64,000 bases of DNA, from the NCBI GenBank assembly GCA_964247055.1, contig OZ176051.1, forward strand, positions 11,160,001 through 11,224,000, written 5' to 3'. Position numbers and translations under genes: made by a program. The notes under the pieces are model-generated. The model did not search any database and was not told the DNA's origin. It saw only the letters and a list, made by a program, of their open reading frames with translations. Below are positions 13,661-26,100 of this stretch, in pieces. Within the stretch, counting starts at the first letter, position 1; each line of letters opens with the position of its first letter. This DNA is from Paragordius varius (taxonomy: Eukaryota; Animalia; Nematomorpha).

Positions 13661-14703
13661 CAGTCTCCACAAAAAATCTGAAATAGCAAAACATATCAGA
13701 ATTATCATGTTTTGATTTTGGCCTAACGAGTGATTTAAGAAAGCATACACTTTTGTGATCAGAAATTTACGAAATTCGCGCATATTATCATAAATAATTC
13801 TGTAAAAGATTAATGCTACATTCCAGAAATTATCACAAAAATATATCAAAAACATAAAAAGAAAAACATTTTAGAAAAATTAATTTTATTATAGCTCCGA
13901 AATTTCCAACGCTCCTTTAAAACCGGCTAGTACGTTTAAAATAAACGCGAGTGCTGGGATTGCGCAACAAAAATGTTAAATCAATTTTGACATGAACTAT
14001 ATTTTTAAAAATACATATTTTTTCAAAATTTAGTATAATTTTGTTGAAGCGTACTTCACACTAGTTTGAGGCATGACGGAAACGGTATAAAAACGATTTA
14101 AAAATTATAAAAACTATTTAAACTATCGTTCGTCTTCAAATTATTAATTAAATTGAGTTATTTTTACAAAAATTTAGCCTTTTAAAGTAAACTAACCTTT
14201 GAATAAAACTGATGTGATAAAATGTTTTTCATGAATGAATTATATGGAAAAGGTGTTTTATTACCGCTTCCCTCATGCCTCATAGTAGAAAAAAATATTT
14301 TTTTTCCGATGTTAAAATTTAAGGTATATTGTAAAAATTTTATCGCACAATATCAGAGTTTTTGCGTAAGATATAGCCCATTTTGGAAGAGAGAAAAAAA
14401 GTTGTGACTTTCGGGGCTTACATCTTTAAAATAAATTTTTTTAACTATTGTTATGCTTTTTATAGGGGGTTCTGTATATTTTAATAATATTTATTGGAAT
14501 AAAGCATTTTTCTTGGAATAAAAAAAAATTATTAAAATCAGCGTTAATTTTGTCATTTTTTGATATGGAGCACTTATCACAAAAGTGTAAATAAATTTCT
14601 TATATAGCTCTTAAGGACCAAAATCAAAAGCATCATGATAATCCTGATGCATTTTCCTTAGAATATAGATTATCAGGCTTTCTCCCGATATTGGACGCAT
14701 TGT
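13661..14703. mobile_element. Foldback element with CAGT-type (Tc1/mariner-like) termini
   Basis: Starts CAGTCTCCACAAAAAATC; long inverted arms, e.g. 13697 ATCAGAATTATCATGTTTTGATTTTGGCC vs 14616 GGACCAAAATCAAAAGCATCATGATAATCCTGAT; no ORF. Confidence 0.6.
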
Positions 14704-14849
14704 GATAAATTATAAATTCTGTCTGCCTTTAATTTATTAAAAAACACCATTTTAGGGGAATTTTAAACTTTCAGATTCATAGTTAAAGTTTTGAATTTTA
14801 TGATAATATTGGTTGTTATTCAAACATAACATAATAGCTTTAAGATTTT

Positions 14850-15760
14850 TATATACGCTCCCTGTTTTAACCATAATAATTTATCATTATGAGCAATTAC
14901 TAATTGGATACAACCTTCATTTAAATCTTTCGATTTTAATTGGGGTAGGTGGTTAGCCCAGTTTAAAAATAAATACTTTAAAAAATATGGAAGATATCGA
15001 AACCATGGCAAAATTTTACAAAAAATTTATCCGAAAATATTTTATATTACTTATTTTAATGTGAACAAAGGTAAAAATTTAGACAATTAACATGTGTGCA
15101 TTGGCTAAATTGAAAAGTAATAAAAAATATACCACTTTTTCACTTTCTATATTAGATGTAATTTATTATAATTTTACCTTTAACATTTTGATTCAAAATG
15201 GGGTATCTAAATATCCCAGACTAAATTTGACTTAGGATTTTTAGAAAACTACTGAAGGAAACGATATGCTTTTATCTTAATAAATATTATATAAATATGC
15301 CAAAATATCTATATAAAATTTTGTTTTGAAAAATAGTTTTATGTCAAACTACTTCGACGCGATTTTTACAAAATTTTCGCAAAATTCGACCTCATTAAAT
15401 TTTAAGGGTAAAATTAAAGCTAATTTTTTATTTGAATTACATCTAACATTGATAGAAATAGAAAAAGCGATTTATTTGTATTGTTTTTAAATTTTATCAT
15501 TGTACACATGTCACATTGACTTAATTTTTACTTTTCGGTTTTAGCTTAAAATAAGTAAAATCATGTATTTTTGGTTAATTTTTTTATATATTCCGGTTTA
15601 TCAATGTTATAGCAAAATTTTACCATGGTCTCGATTCCTTTCATATTTTTAAAAAAATTTAATTTTAAACAGGCTTGTGGTATCCACCTAACCCAATTAA
15701 ATCGATGGACTAAAATGAATGTGTTTTATCCAAGTGTTAAGAATTAATGAAAACTATATT
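14850..15760. mobile_element. Foldback/palindromic repeat, unclassified
   Basis: 14937-15025 (TAATTGGGGTAGGTGG...GAAACCATGGCAAAATTTT) mirrors 15612-15700 (AAAATTTTACCATGGTCTCG...CCACCTAACCCAATTA); inner arms 15030-15200 and 15400-15600 also mirror; ends approximate. Confidence 0.6.
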
Positions 15761-16445
15761 TTGCAAAAAATTTGTAAAATATAAATGGCTTCCAAGTTGA
15801 CTGACATGAAACTTTTTTTGAAACAAAAATTGATATAATAATTATGGCTTATCTTATTATTTTTATCAGGATAGAAGCATAAATTAAATTGTTATCGTTT
15901 CGTTCATTAGTTTTTTAAAATATTACCTTAAATTTAATCTTCCGTATTTAGATACCTCAATTTAAATCTAACTGTTAATACAGGTAATAAATTTGACAGT
16001 CTTGAAATTTAAATAACTTAAAATAATAAAATATTTTTATATCGGCAAATAATCATCAAAATTTTTTGCACAAATTTTTATCATCAATTACCTAACATGT
16101 AATTATTTTTTAGAAGCAGCATAGCATATTGTAAATCCATTAATTTATTCATCTTCTGATTTTTAAAAACTCGAATTTTACTAATAAAGAGAATCGAAGA
16201 AATTTAAATAGAAAATTAATTGACTGTTTATAATTATCTTTCAATTATATTTAAATTTCTTCGATTATCATTATATTACAGATTTCACAACTGTTATTAC
16301 AAAACATAATCAATCCGTCATTTACCATTACTCAAATTATACTGTCCTTTTTATAATCATTGGGTAATTATTCATTCCTTAAAACGTCATGTAAATCCAC
16401 ATGTATTTTAAGATGATGTTGCCTTAATTTCCAATTATTTAAACT

Positions 16446-16619
16446 ATGAATGTTGGATCCAATTTAATTGATCCAGATCCAAACGAATCATGGTTAAATT
16501 GTAAGGGCGTTTGGTTATCCTATATTATATTTATATTTATTGTGCACTTTTGCTTGCTCAGCATACCATGGGTTAGTGTACCATGGGCTTGGACATTCAC
16601 AAACTTAATTCATAATATT
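16446..16619 (+). CDS. ORMDL: ORM1-like protein, exon 1
   Basis: MNVGSNLIDPDPNESWLNCKGVWLSY...WAWTFTNLIHNI, phase-0 donor GTAAGT; typical ORMDL N-terminus. Confidence 0.95.
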
Positions 16620-17386
16620 GTAAGTTTTTTGCATTCTAATACTATTTTTTAATTTACTAAAACCTTAAACTATTTGTTTTTATAATTATTTTAAAAGACC
16701 CTACGAATATTTTTGTTTTTTGATATTAATTTTGTAATACTAAACCATATATTATAAACAAATCATGATTTAAATGGTAAATATTATATCTTCATTGGTA
16801 AGTTGAAGAATATGTAGTCACAACTTTTATCTGATTTTTATAGTAGACCGTTATTTAGCGTTTGAATTTGGGGTATTTTAACTACGGCCGGTGACATGAT
16901 ATTTGCAATCGTGCTTTTCAGGCCTTTCACAAATTATACATAAAGACACATTAACATCTTTAAAATTCATATATTCCAAATCAGTTTTATAACATTTTAC
17001 TAAGAGTCTAATAGCAGTGCAGAAAGCTGGTGCTCTCATGTTGCTTGGAACACATTTTTTGATCATCTACTTTTTACCGTTCGCGTTTCCCAAAAAAACA
17101 ATCGTCTTAGATATATTTGTTTCATCAAAATTACATTTAAGTTTTTTACAAAATTTGACAGTTTGAAGTATTGAACTTTATAGCATTTTCAGTTAGGCTA
17201 GTTAGTAGAAAATTTGCAGAGAATATGTTTTATTAATTAAAAACATGGGATAGAATGGTTTGCATTTACGAGCTACCGGGATATTTTTTATAACAGATGC
17301 TACATCTACACCAGGGATTATTTTACTCCCATTTCAAAACATATAATAAGCGTAATTGATCATTCAATTTTTGGAGCAATATTTAA

Positions 17387-18534
17387 TGACGTCCAAATCT
17401 TGTAATGTGACTGCTTTTGCGATGGCAATTCTTCGTTTTATTTCTGGGTAGAGTTGTTGTCATTGTTTATAATGCTGCCCAAATACGTGTAACTGTTTAG
17501 CGTTTCAAGTTGACTACCGTTGAGGATTATTGAATTAGATGTTTGCGGGTTGATTTGTATAACTTTTGTTTTTTTAAAGTTAATTATTTAATCCGTATTT
17601 ATTGCATTCAGTTGTAAACAATTGCAAAGCTTGCGAAATCTACCCTGTCTGTGAATAAAACTGTATCATCCGCGTATTGTAGGATGTGAGTAGGTTTCCT
17701 CCTACGTTAATGCCATAAGTTTCTGGCATGTTTCTTAGTATGCATTCGTTGTTGTTGTTTGCTAAGGTCGATTCCGACTAACTGCAACATTGAAAATATA
17801 GCTTCTCCATTCACTGCGATTACCGGATCTGGTGTTTAGAATGATTGGTTGGTTTCTTTGAAAATGTTATCCATCCAACGAGTTCGTCTTCTCCCTCTTT
17901 TTCGGGCGCCACTCACTTTCCCCAGCATCAGTGATTTTTCAAGTGAGTTGGCTCTTATAATGTGCCCGAAGAAGGAGAGTTTTTGCCGTATTAAGCTGCC
18001 TAGAAGTGACATTTCTGGATTAATTTTATTTAGAATGGTGGTGTTTGTCCATTTTGTTTGAAGAAGTTTCCTCCAAACCCATAATTCGAAAGAGTTTATT
18101 TGACGTTCGTCATATTTTTTTTAGAGTCCAGCTTTCCCCCCCATGCATGAATGTGGGAAAAACTGTAGCTTTGATTAATCTGATTTTGGTTTGTAGTTTA
18201 ATGTCAAGGTATGCGTTAAAAAGAATTGGGGATAGAACGCATCCTTGAGGGAGGCCGACTTGTACCTTACATGAGTCAGATATACCGTGAGGTGTAGATA
18301 CTACACTCATGGAGTTTAAGTAATTTGAGATGTTGATTAGATGGGTTGATACTCTAAATTGTTTTAGGGATGTTCGTAATTTATGGAATCAAATGCTTTG
18401 CAAAAATCAACAAAGCACATGTGCAGTTCTTTGTTGAATTCAAATGTTTCTCTGGTATCCACATCATATTGCATATCATCTTGGCATCCTCTACCTTTTC
18501 GAAAACCAGCCTGAATGTTGGATATCTCAGGGTT
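17387..18534 (-). mobile_element. RTE-clade LINE, inverted internal RT segment (decayed)
   Basis: Minus-strand remnants QAGFRKGRG, CFVDF.KAFDS, GLPQGCVLSPILFNAY, QYADD, YLGSII, RRIAIAKAVT; interrupted by the nested copy at 17748-18204. Confidence 0.85.
17748..18204 (-). mobile_element. 5'-truncated RTE LINE 3' end nested in another RTE copy
   Basis: IKLQTKIRLIKATVFPTF...ESWTLKK...KLSFFGHIIRANSLEKSLMLGKVSGARKRGRRRTRW followed by a (CAA)n tail; splits LFNAYL|ECILRN of the host copy. Confidence 0.8.
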
Positions 18535-19108
18535 AAGTATTTGGGCAGCATTATAAACAATAACAACAACTCAACTCCAGAAATAAAACGAAGAATTGCC
18601 ATCGCAAAAGCATTTACATTCAAATATAACAAGATTTCGTACTATGACATCAAATTAAAAATCAAAATTAGATTAGTCAAGGCAACAGTTTTCCCTACAT
18701 TCCTGTATGGGGGGAAAGTTGGACACTGAAACAATATGACGAACGACTAATAAATTCTTTTGAATTATGGGTTTGGAGGAAACTTCCCCAAATAAAATGG
18801 ACAGATAAATTCCTAACGCCACTTTTTAAATAAAATTAACCCGAAAATGTCACTTCTACGCAGCTTAATACGGCAAAAACTCTCCTTTTTCGGGCACATT
18901 ATGAGAGCCAACTCACTTGAAAAATCACTGATGCTGGGAAAAGTGAGTGGTGCTCGTAAAAGAGGAAGAAGACGAACTCGTTGGATGGATAACATCCTCA
19001 AAGAAACTAACCAATCGTTAGCCGAACTAAACGCCAGATTTGTTATTTGCTATGAATGCAGAAGTTATATTTTCAATGTTGCAGTAAGTCAGAATCGACC
19101 TTAGCAAC
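18535..19108 (+). mobile_element. RTE-clade LINE 3' segment
   Basis: KYLGSIINNN...EIKRRIAIAK...KIRLVKATVFPTFLYG...FFGHIMRANSLEKSLMLGK...RW; ends TAGCAACAACAA. Confidence 0.85.
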
Positions 19109-19853
19109 AACAATCGTCTAGAAATTTTATCGGATGATGAATTTAAAAGTATTTTTAGTCATTCCCCTTCCTTCCTTTTACCTTATCGAAATTTTTGGGG
19201 TAATAATCTTTGGAGTGGAATCAGATTGATAAATATTAAGAATAGCACAAACGTTTTTGTTTTCAATTTATTTTTTGGATGCTTCACTAAATCTTATTTT
19301 GTTCGATTTTTTTTGCAGCCCACCAAAAACAAAATGATAATATCCATTTTATTTGGTGGTTGAGTGATGTCTGTCGCATGTTCTTATGAAGTTTGAATCC
19401 TGTCAACTTTGGTCGGCCTTTATGGATCCTTATTAAAATTAAATATAAATATTAGTAGAGATGGGATTATACATGGAATACTTTAAAAGTCGAACAGACT
19501 TTCGGTATTTGCAAAAAAGATTCATTGACTGTAATTTATTTTTTAATTTGTACTTTAATGTGTTAATATTTTGGATTGATTATGTTTTGTAATAACAGTT
19601 GTTAAATCCGTAAGATAATGATAAGCGAAAATTAAATAGAAATTCAAATGAAAGTTATATTTATTTAAACAGAATTATAAATGATATGTGAAACCATTTC
19701 GCGTCAATAGTAATCGCAGACTAGATTATTTGACTTGGGGTTTTCACATATCGATTTCCATATCCAACTTTGCCATTTTGGTATAAATGCAGTTGGTTAT
19801 ACGAATTAAAATATGATCACTAATGTTCTTTGCGGTTTTTTTTACTTTTCTAG

Positions 19854-20008
19854 TCGTTATTCATTTTGTTACACATGACGAAAGGAACACCCTGGTTTAA
19901 TCCCATCACTCAAGGCAAACTCCGACGATTAACACATTGGGAACAAATTGATCATGGGAGGCAATTCACAGCAACACGCAAATTTTTTACTGTTATACCC
20001 ATCATATT
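19854..20008 (+). CDS. ORMDL: ORM1-like protein, exon 2
   Basis: TTTTCTAG acceptor; [52 protein letters not shown]; phase-2 GT donor. Confidence 0.95.
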
Positions 20009-20519
20009 GTAATTTTTACGCAATATCCTTTTTTGGCTATCTTTTAGCCCTTTTTTGCCATTGCATAATAAATCAATCTTTTGCAAAGTAAAAATTAATA
20101 TTAAATCGCTATAAAAATATGTTATCGGATAGATATATTTGTAATAATTTAAAGACGGTTAGTATTAGTATAATCGTAAATGTGTTTTTGTATAAAAATT
20201 TTGTTTATTATTTATATAAAATATTTGTGAACCCAAAAAATATACTTGGTAATTGGAAACGTTAGGAACAATTCTGAGATTCTTATCATCGTTTTTTATT
20301 TTATAACTTTAAAAAATGCAAATATTCGAATTTTTCTATTTTATCATATTCTCAAATTAAGTACAAAACCTCTTCATGTTATTATATCCCCCTGATAAGT
20401 TTTGTTATAGAAAGACTTATAATTTGTATTATTGGTTTTAATAATCTTTTTTATATAAAATTTTAGGTAGTATGAATATAGTAAATATCTAATTTATTTG
20501 ATTTTGATATATATGACAG

Positions 20520-20655
20520 ATTTTTCTTGGCAAGCTTTTACACGAAATATGACTCCTTTCATTTTATTCTCAATGCCTTGTCACTTATCCTAGTTTTAAT
20601 TCCCAAGTTACCCCAACTCCACGGTGTTAGATTATTTGGAATCAATAAATATTAA
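20520..20655 (+). CDS. ORMDL: ORM1-like protein, exon 3 (total 154 aa)
   Basis: GACAG acceptor; [15 protein letters not shown]...[19 protein letters not shown]; phases join correctly (174+155+136 nt). Confidence 0.95.
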
Positions 20656-20888
20656 TATATATATATTTTAACTATTTATATTTATAGATAATTACGAATA
20701 AATTTATAGTTTATATCAATTATATAATTTGGATGGGTTTAAAGTTAAATTTATGAAGCTCTTTGATATTATGCATATGAGCTAAATATTCTATAATTAT
20801 TTATTATAAATGCAATGCTTTCATTATAAATAATATATAAAACGGACTCTATTTTACTGGTATATATTTATACACATATATATATATA

Positions 20889-21149
20889 CCATTAACACCT
20901 CATATTGACCCTTGAACCTTCCAAACTTACCCTTGAACATGAATATCAAAAATAATTATCTTTTTGCGAAGTTTGTAATTATATAATAAAGCAATAATAA
21001 ATTATGTCCTAAGGTAACATTTTATATTAATGAGTTATATTAGCCCTAAAACAATAATTTAATTTTAGGGAAATTTAAAATGGTTAGGGGTAAATTTTAA
21101 ATTTTTAGGGGTGAATTTGAATCAAAGGGTAAATTTGAAGTGTAAGTGG
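20889..21149. mobile_element. MITE, CCATTTACAC family, between the convergent ORMDL and Josephin 3' ends
   Basis: TA|CCATTAACAC...GTGTAAGTGG|TA; subterminal ACCCTTGAAC repeats. Confidence 0.7.
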
Positions 21150-21184
21150 TACATATATGTATATATATTTAAAAAAAATGAGCT

Positions 21185-21386
21185 TTAATGTTTCCACACG
21201 GTGTATGCCGGGGTATCTTTGTTAGCAACTATTAACATGTGCGTAACATTATATTTATTGTTATTATTAGCGTTGGAGATTTGTAATTTTGTGGTCAAAT
21301 AATTTAGTAGAGCATTGACATCACCAATTAGCTGGGGTTCATTGAGCTTGGAATCGAGGTTATAAAATGTGGTTGGTCCAATACGT
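21185..21386 (-). CDS. JOSD: Josephin-domain deubiquitinase, exon 4
   Basis: TTACTTAG acceptor; RIGPTTFYNLDSKLNEP...VWKH* carrying the catalytic Asp motif YNLDSK. Confidence 0.92.
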
Positions 21387-21877
21387 CTAAGTAACAAAGT
21401 TTCTTTTTAAAAAACAAGAGCGGATTTAGTATTTTCTTGTTAAAAGTTTTGTATCAAGTTATTAGATAATCGACTTTACCCCTTGTAAAGATAAAAAAAT
21501 GGTATTTCTTATTAACAACTAGGTTAAACTGAAAAAGATAGAAACTATATAAAATTCTTAATAATTAAAAAATGAGTTAAGTAAACCAAGCAAGTTCAAA
21601 ACAACAACAAATGTAAAAAAAACTAAAGGGACTGCCAAGACTTTATGTACGGCTCTGAAAAATTTGGAAATCGAAAATTTTCTGAATAAGTTTATTTAAT
21701 CGGTAAACAAATCAAAAAACCATTCTTTTCTGTTTAAATTTTACATGTCTTACTTTTTAAATCTAAATATTTATGATAGCCTTCATGGATACTTGAAATG
21801 CGGGGCGTCAGTTTTTTTAAGTCGAAAATGGGGCCCGCGCATTTGTGTTGGTCATTCCTGATATAAATAATATTAAC

Positions 21878-22003
21878 CTAATACATATCCAATGTCTCCG
21901 ACCATGTAAAATGGGTAAATTTAGGGGCCCAAGCCAAGGATAATCAGATGGTTGGTTAAGAATTAATCCAAATACTGCATCAAAATTGATTTCTTGTAAA
22001 TTT
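21878..22003 (-). CDS. JOSD: Josephin-domain deubiquitinase, exon 3
   Basis: NLQEINFDAVFGLILNQP...GRRHWICIR with the catalytic His; phase 2/2 AG-GT boundaries. Confidence 0.92.
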
Positions 22004-22457
22004 CTAAAATGCAATAATATAAAAACAATATTCATATAACGTCGTTTAAAAGCATATTGAAGATGGTGAAAACATTTGAATTTGCTATATCAGATTACTC
22101 AATATTTAGGGATCGGTATTAAAAATGTTTTTATCCTTTTCAAGTCTTATTTTCGTTCAACATTTTTTGCGAAAAAGGCTAAAATAAATCCAACAATCTG
22201 GCAAAAATGGTTCCAGTGAGGTTGCTTTTTTGCTTAATTGATTCTGATACCGAATTCATTTAAACTCTATTCAATATGTGTCAATTAATAACAAACTTTT
22301 GGAAAATTTTATTCTATGGTACTTTTCATTGATGAAAGCTTATTAAAAAATTACGATTAAAAATATAATTATCGTTTAAACCGTTTATAACGTTTTTAAT
22401 AAAATGCGCACCCCATATCATTAGCTGTTAAGAAATTATATTTCAAACATATTTTAC

Positions 22458-22622
22458 TTTCTCTTGTCAAACCAAATGCATTCGTAACCGCGGCTTTGAA
22501 GAGCTAACATTATGACGTTTATGTCATAATTACCGAGCCATCCGATCAAAGATGTGTGATTCCCAGCAAACGATAAGAAATGTCGATAGGAACTGACATT
22601 TAATTTTTCTTCTTCATTTAAA
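22458..22622 (-). CDS. JOSD: Josephin-domain deubiquitinase, exon 2
   Basis: [54 protein letters not shown]; GNYDxNVIM motif; phase 2/2; absent from the ORF track. Confidence 0.92.
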
Positions 22623-23176
22623 CTAAACAAACATAAAATTTTGAATAAAGTTTTTGTTGCTAAATATGTAGGACCCTGTTACAATTTACGTTTTTTAATA
22701 TTGTCTTCCGGATAATCATGCCTTTTTACGAATTTTTGCAATGGTTTTAGTTTAATTATCATAAAAGTTGATTATAACTCATAATTTTGTGGGTATAAGT
22801 CAATAATGAAATTTAATATTTCACCATATTTTAATAAATAATCGTAGAAATTGTAATTAATGAAAAGAATAAATGATTAAATAATATTTGAAAATCATTT
22901 TTAAAGTTTGAAAAGCGTCATGTGAGATATTGAGTCATGCGTTTTCTCAATTAGGGGTTAGTATGGGGGTCTGTGTATGGAAAAAGCTAATGTTTACACG
23001 GACCCCAATAAAAATTTGCGGGCCGCATTTTTAACCAAAAAAGGGTGGACTGCATTCGAAAATAAATCGACATCAATAAACATATTTTTAATTTATAATT
23101 TATTTTAATCATTTTTGCTAGTTTATTGCTGAAATGATTTGTTTAGGGAAAATCAATTTTACTTAGATTTTGTAAT

Positions 23177-26100
23177 GTTATTGTTGTTGTTGTTTAACAT
23201 TAAGCGTTGATGGTGCACCATCGTAAGCTATCCAACTTTTTATAAAATAGTTCTTTATCAATACAATCTGTTTTTAGCAGTTTGAGTTGTTGGAAATCCA
23301 GATCAATCTTTTTAGTCCAGGTTAAACGTGGGCGACCGGGCTTATTGTTCCCGGGTGGAATGATGTCGAATGAGGTCCTGATCGGATTGTCAGGATTCAT
23401 ACGATCAAGGTGACCGTAGTACCTCATTCTTTTGAATTGAATGAATTTGTCTATAGGCTCCATTTGTATGTGATTGCGGATATCTTGGGGATTTAGTTGC
23501 GTTGACATCAGGCGTAGTATGCGATTTTCCGCGCTGATAAAACGTTTCTCTTGAGTTTGTGTCAATGCCATGGTTTCTGTGGCATATGTCAAAACTGGTC
23601 TTATGCCCATTTTATAAATTAAGCCTTTTGTTTTAAGAGATATGTGCTTTTGTTTAAGTATGTATTTTAGCTGATGATATTTTCCCCAGGTACGATTTAT
23701 TCTTGCATTTATTGCGCTATTGTTTGATGAGTCTGATGTTATTTTGTCGCCAAGATAGGTAAACTCTTACCACTTCAAAGCTTGAGTTACTAAGGACTAT
23801 GTGCTTAATTGATGGGGGCGGTAAATGCTGCACGCATGATTCGCATTTGAAATTTATCTGTTCGGATAGTTTGCCGATAATGTTTGTACATTTTTTGTGA
23901 CACCATTTTTTACATGCAGAGAAGAGAATAGAATCAAATCCAACATTTAATCCGCAAACTCCACATGGGTATTTAATTTCATTGTGGGGTTCACCCGTTA
24001 TCAGGATTTTACTTTTATTTTCATTTATTCTGAATCCGAATTTGGTTAGCTGTTGTTGCCATTGTATAAACATTTTCTCTAAGTCTGAAATCGAGGTTGC
24101 GGTAAGAACTATGTCATCTGCATATACACTTTCATATGGCAGATTTAACCGAATATCGCGAGTAACAGCGTCTAATATTGTAATAAACAGCAAGGGACTT
24201 AAGGCTGAACCTTGATGGAGTCCTACTTTAATTTCAAAGGAATCTGAATCTCCCATAGGGGTTCTAACAAATGTTTTAGAATTTTGATATAGAAGCATGA
24301 TAGCTTGGATTAGTTGTTCATCCACGTTATTTACTTTTAAAGCCCATGGAAATAATGATCTGGGAACTCTATCAAAAGCTTTCTCCAAATCAAGAAAAAG
24401 ATGATATAGTTTTTTATTTTTTAAAAGAATCTTGTATACGTTTTAAGACGAATATGGCGTCTGTAGTTGAGTGGCTTGGACGGAAGGCAAATTGAGAAGA
24501 TGATAATGTTACCTGGTTCCTTAATTTATTTTCTAATACAACTTCGAATATTTTTAAAGCATGTTCTAAAAGTTTAATCGATCTATAGGAAGAACATTCT
24601 AACTGACTGCCTTTATTTTTATAAATGGGGATTGTAATGCTTTCTTCTCAATCCGGCGGTATGGTTTGGTATCGAATTATAAGATTAAAAAGATTAGTGA
24701 GGTATTGTAATCCGGTTTTTCCTAATTTTTTTATTATATCGGAAGATAGTTGGATAGGTCCACTTGATTTATTATTTTTCATTTTTTTTAGCGCATTTTC
24801 CACATCAGCTAACGAAAATTCTAAAATCGAATGTTTATTGTTGATTTCATGGAAGGAATATGATATGGATTTGTTGTATTCAGAAGATCTTTGGTATAGT
24901 CTTCCCATATTTTTATAACCTCGGAATGATTTGTTTGAATATTACCATTTTTATCTTTAATATATTTCGTTTTGGGAATATCTTTTTGTTTTCATTTGAT
25001 AATTTCATTCGATTAAAGATATTGAAATTTTTTGCATCCTTCTCTAGCGACTCTGCAATTTTTATGCTGTTTTCGTGTTTGAGTTTGGTAATTGATTTCG
25101 CAACTTCGCTACGCAATTGTAAGTATTTTTTTCGATCTTCCTCTTTATGGGTTTTTTCCACAATCGGAAGGCTCGGTTTCGTGATTTGATTTGGGGCTTA
25201 ATCTCATCACTCCACCACCAATTTGACTTCCTTTTCCTAGCGCCCTTTGTCATGCCACATATTGCCTTGGTGTTCTTGAGTAAGGAATTTTTAAAAAGAT
25301 CCCAGGTTTGACCCACGTTGTTATCGGCTGAGCAACTTTCGTTTAAATCTATATTGACAGCTTCCATAAACTTATCAGCATATATGGGTTTTTGAAGCAT
25401 TTTAATGTTTGGTTTGGGTTTGTGGTGTCTTATTGGTATGGATTTGGAATTTGATCCAAATAGCAAGGTAGATACTACTAGCCTATGTTGGGTGTCAGTA
25501 TTGTAACATTTTGTATCATTGCATATTATTCTTTTCTCCTTTGGAATCAGAATATAATCAATTTGAGATTTTGCATTTCCTGAGGAATATGTATATAGCT
25601 TATGATCAGGTTTGGTAAAGTTTGTATTTAATATGCATAGGTTGAACATTGCACAGAAATCAAGGACGGATTCTCCTTCTTTGTTTAGCAGTCCGTATCC
25701 AAAACCACCATGGATACCAGCATATTCGATTCCTTGTTTACCCACGTGTCCATTCATGTCGCCGGCTATCATTATCAGGTCTTTATCATGAACTTTACGC
25801 ATTATTTCAAAAAGTTGATCCCAGAATTTTTGTATTAGACTGTCTGCGAGTCCTGGTTGTGGGGCATATACACATATAATATTTATTATGGAGTTACCAT
25901 GTACTAATCTAATTTGGATTATACGGTCATTGTGTCTTAAAACATCGAGGATGTTGTCACAGTGCTTTTCATGTAAAAGAATTCCGACACCTCCTGTCGC
26001 CTTATTTCCTCCCTGATAAAAGCATTTATAATCACCAGCGGTGAAGTTGCCGCTTCCAGAATACCTTGTTTCTTGTAAGCAACATACATCGACTTGTAAT

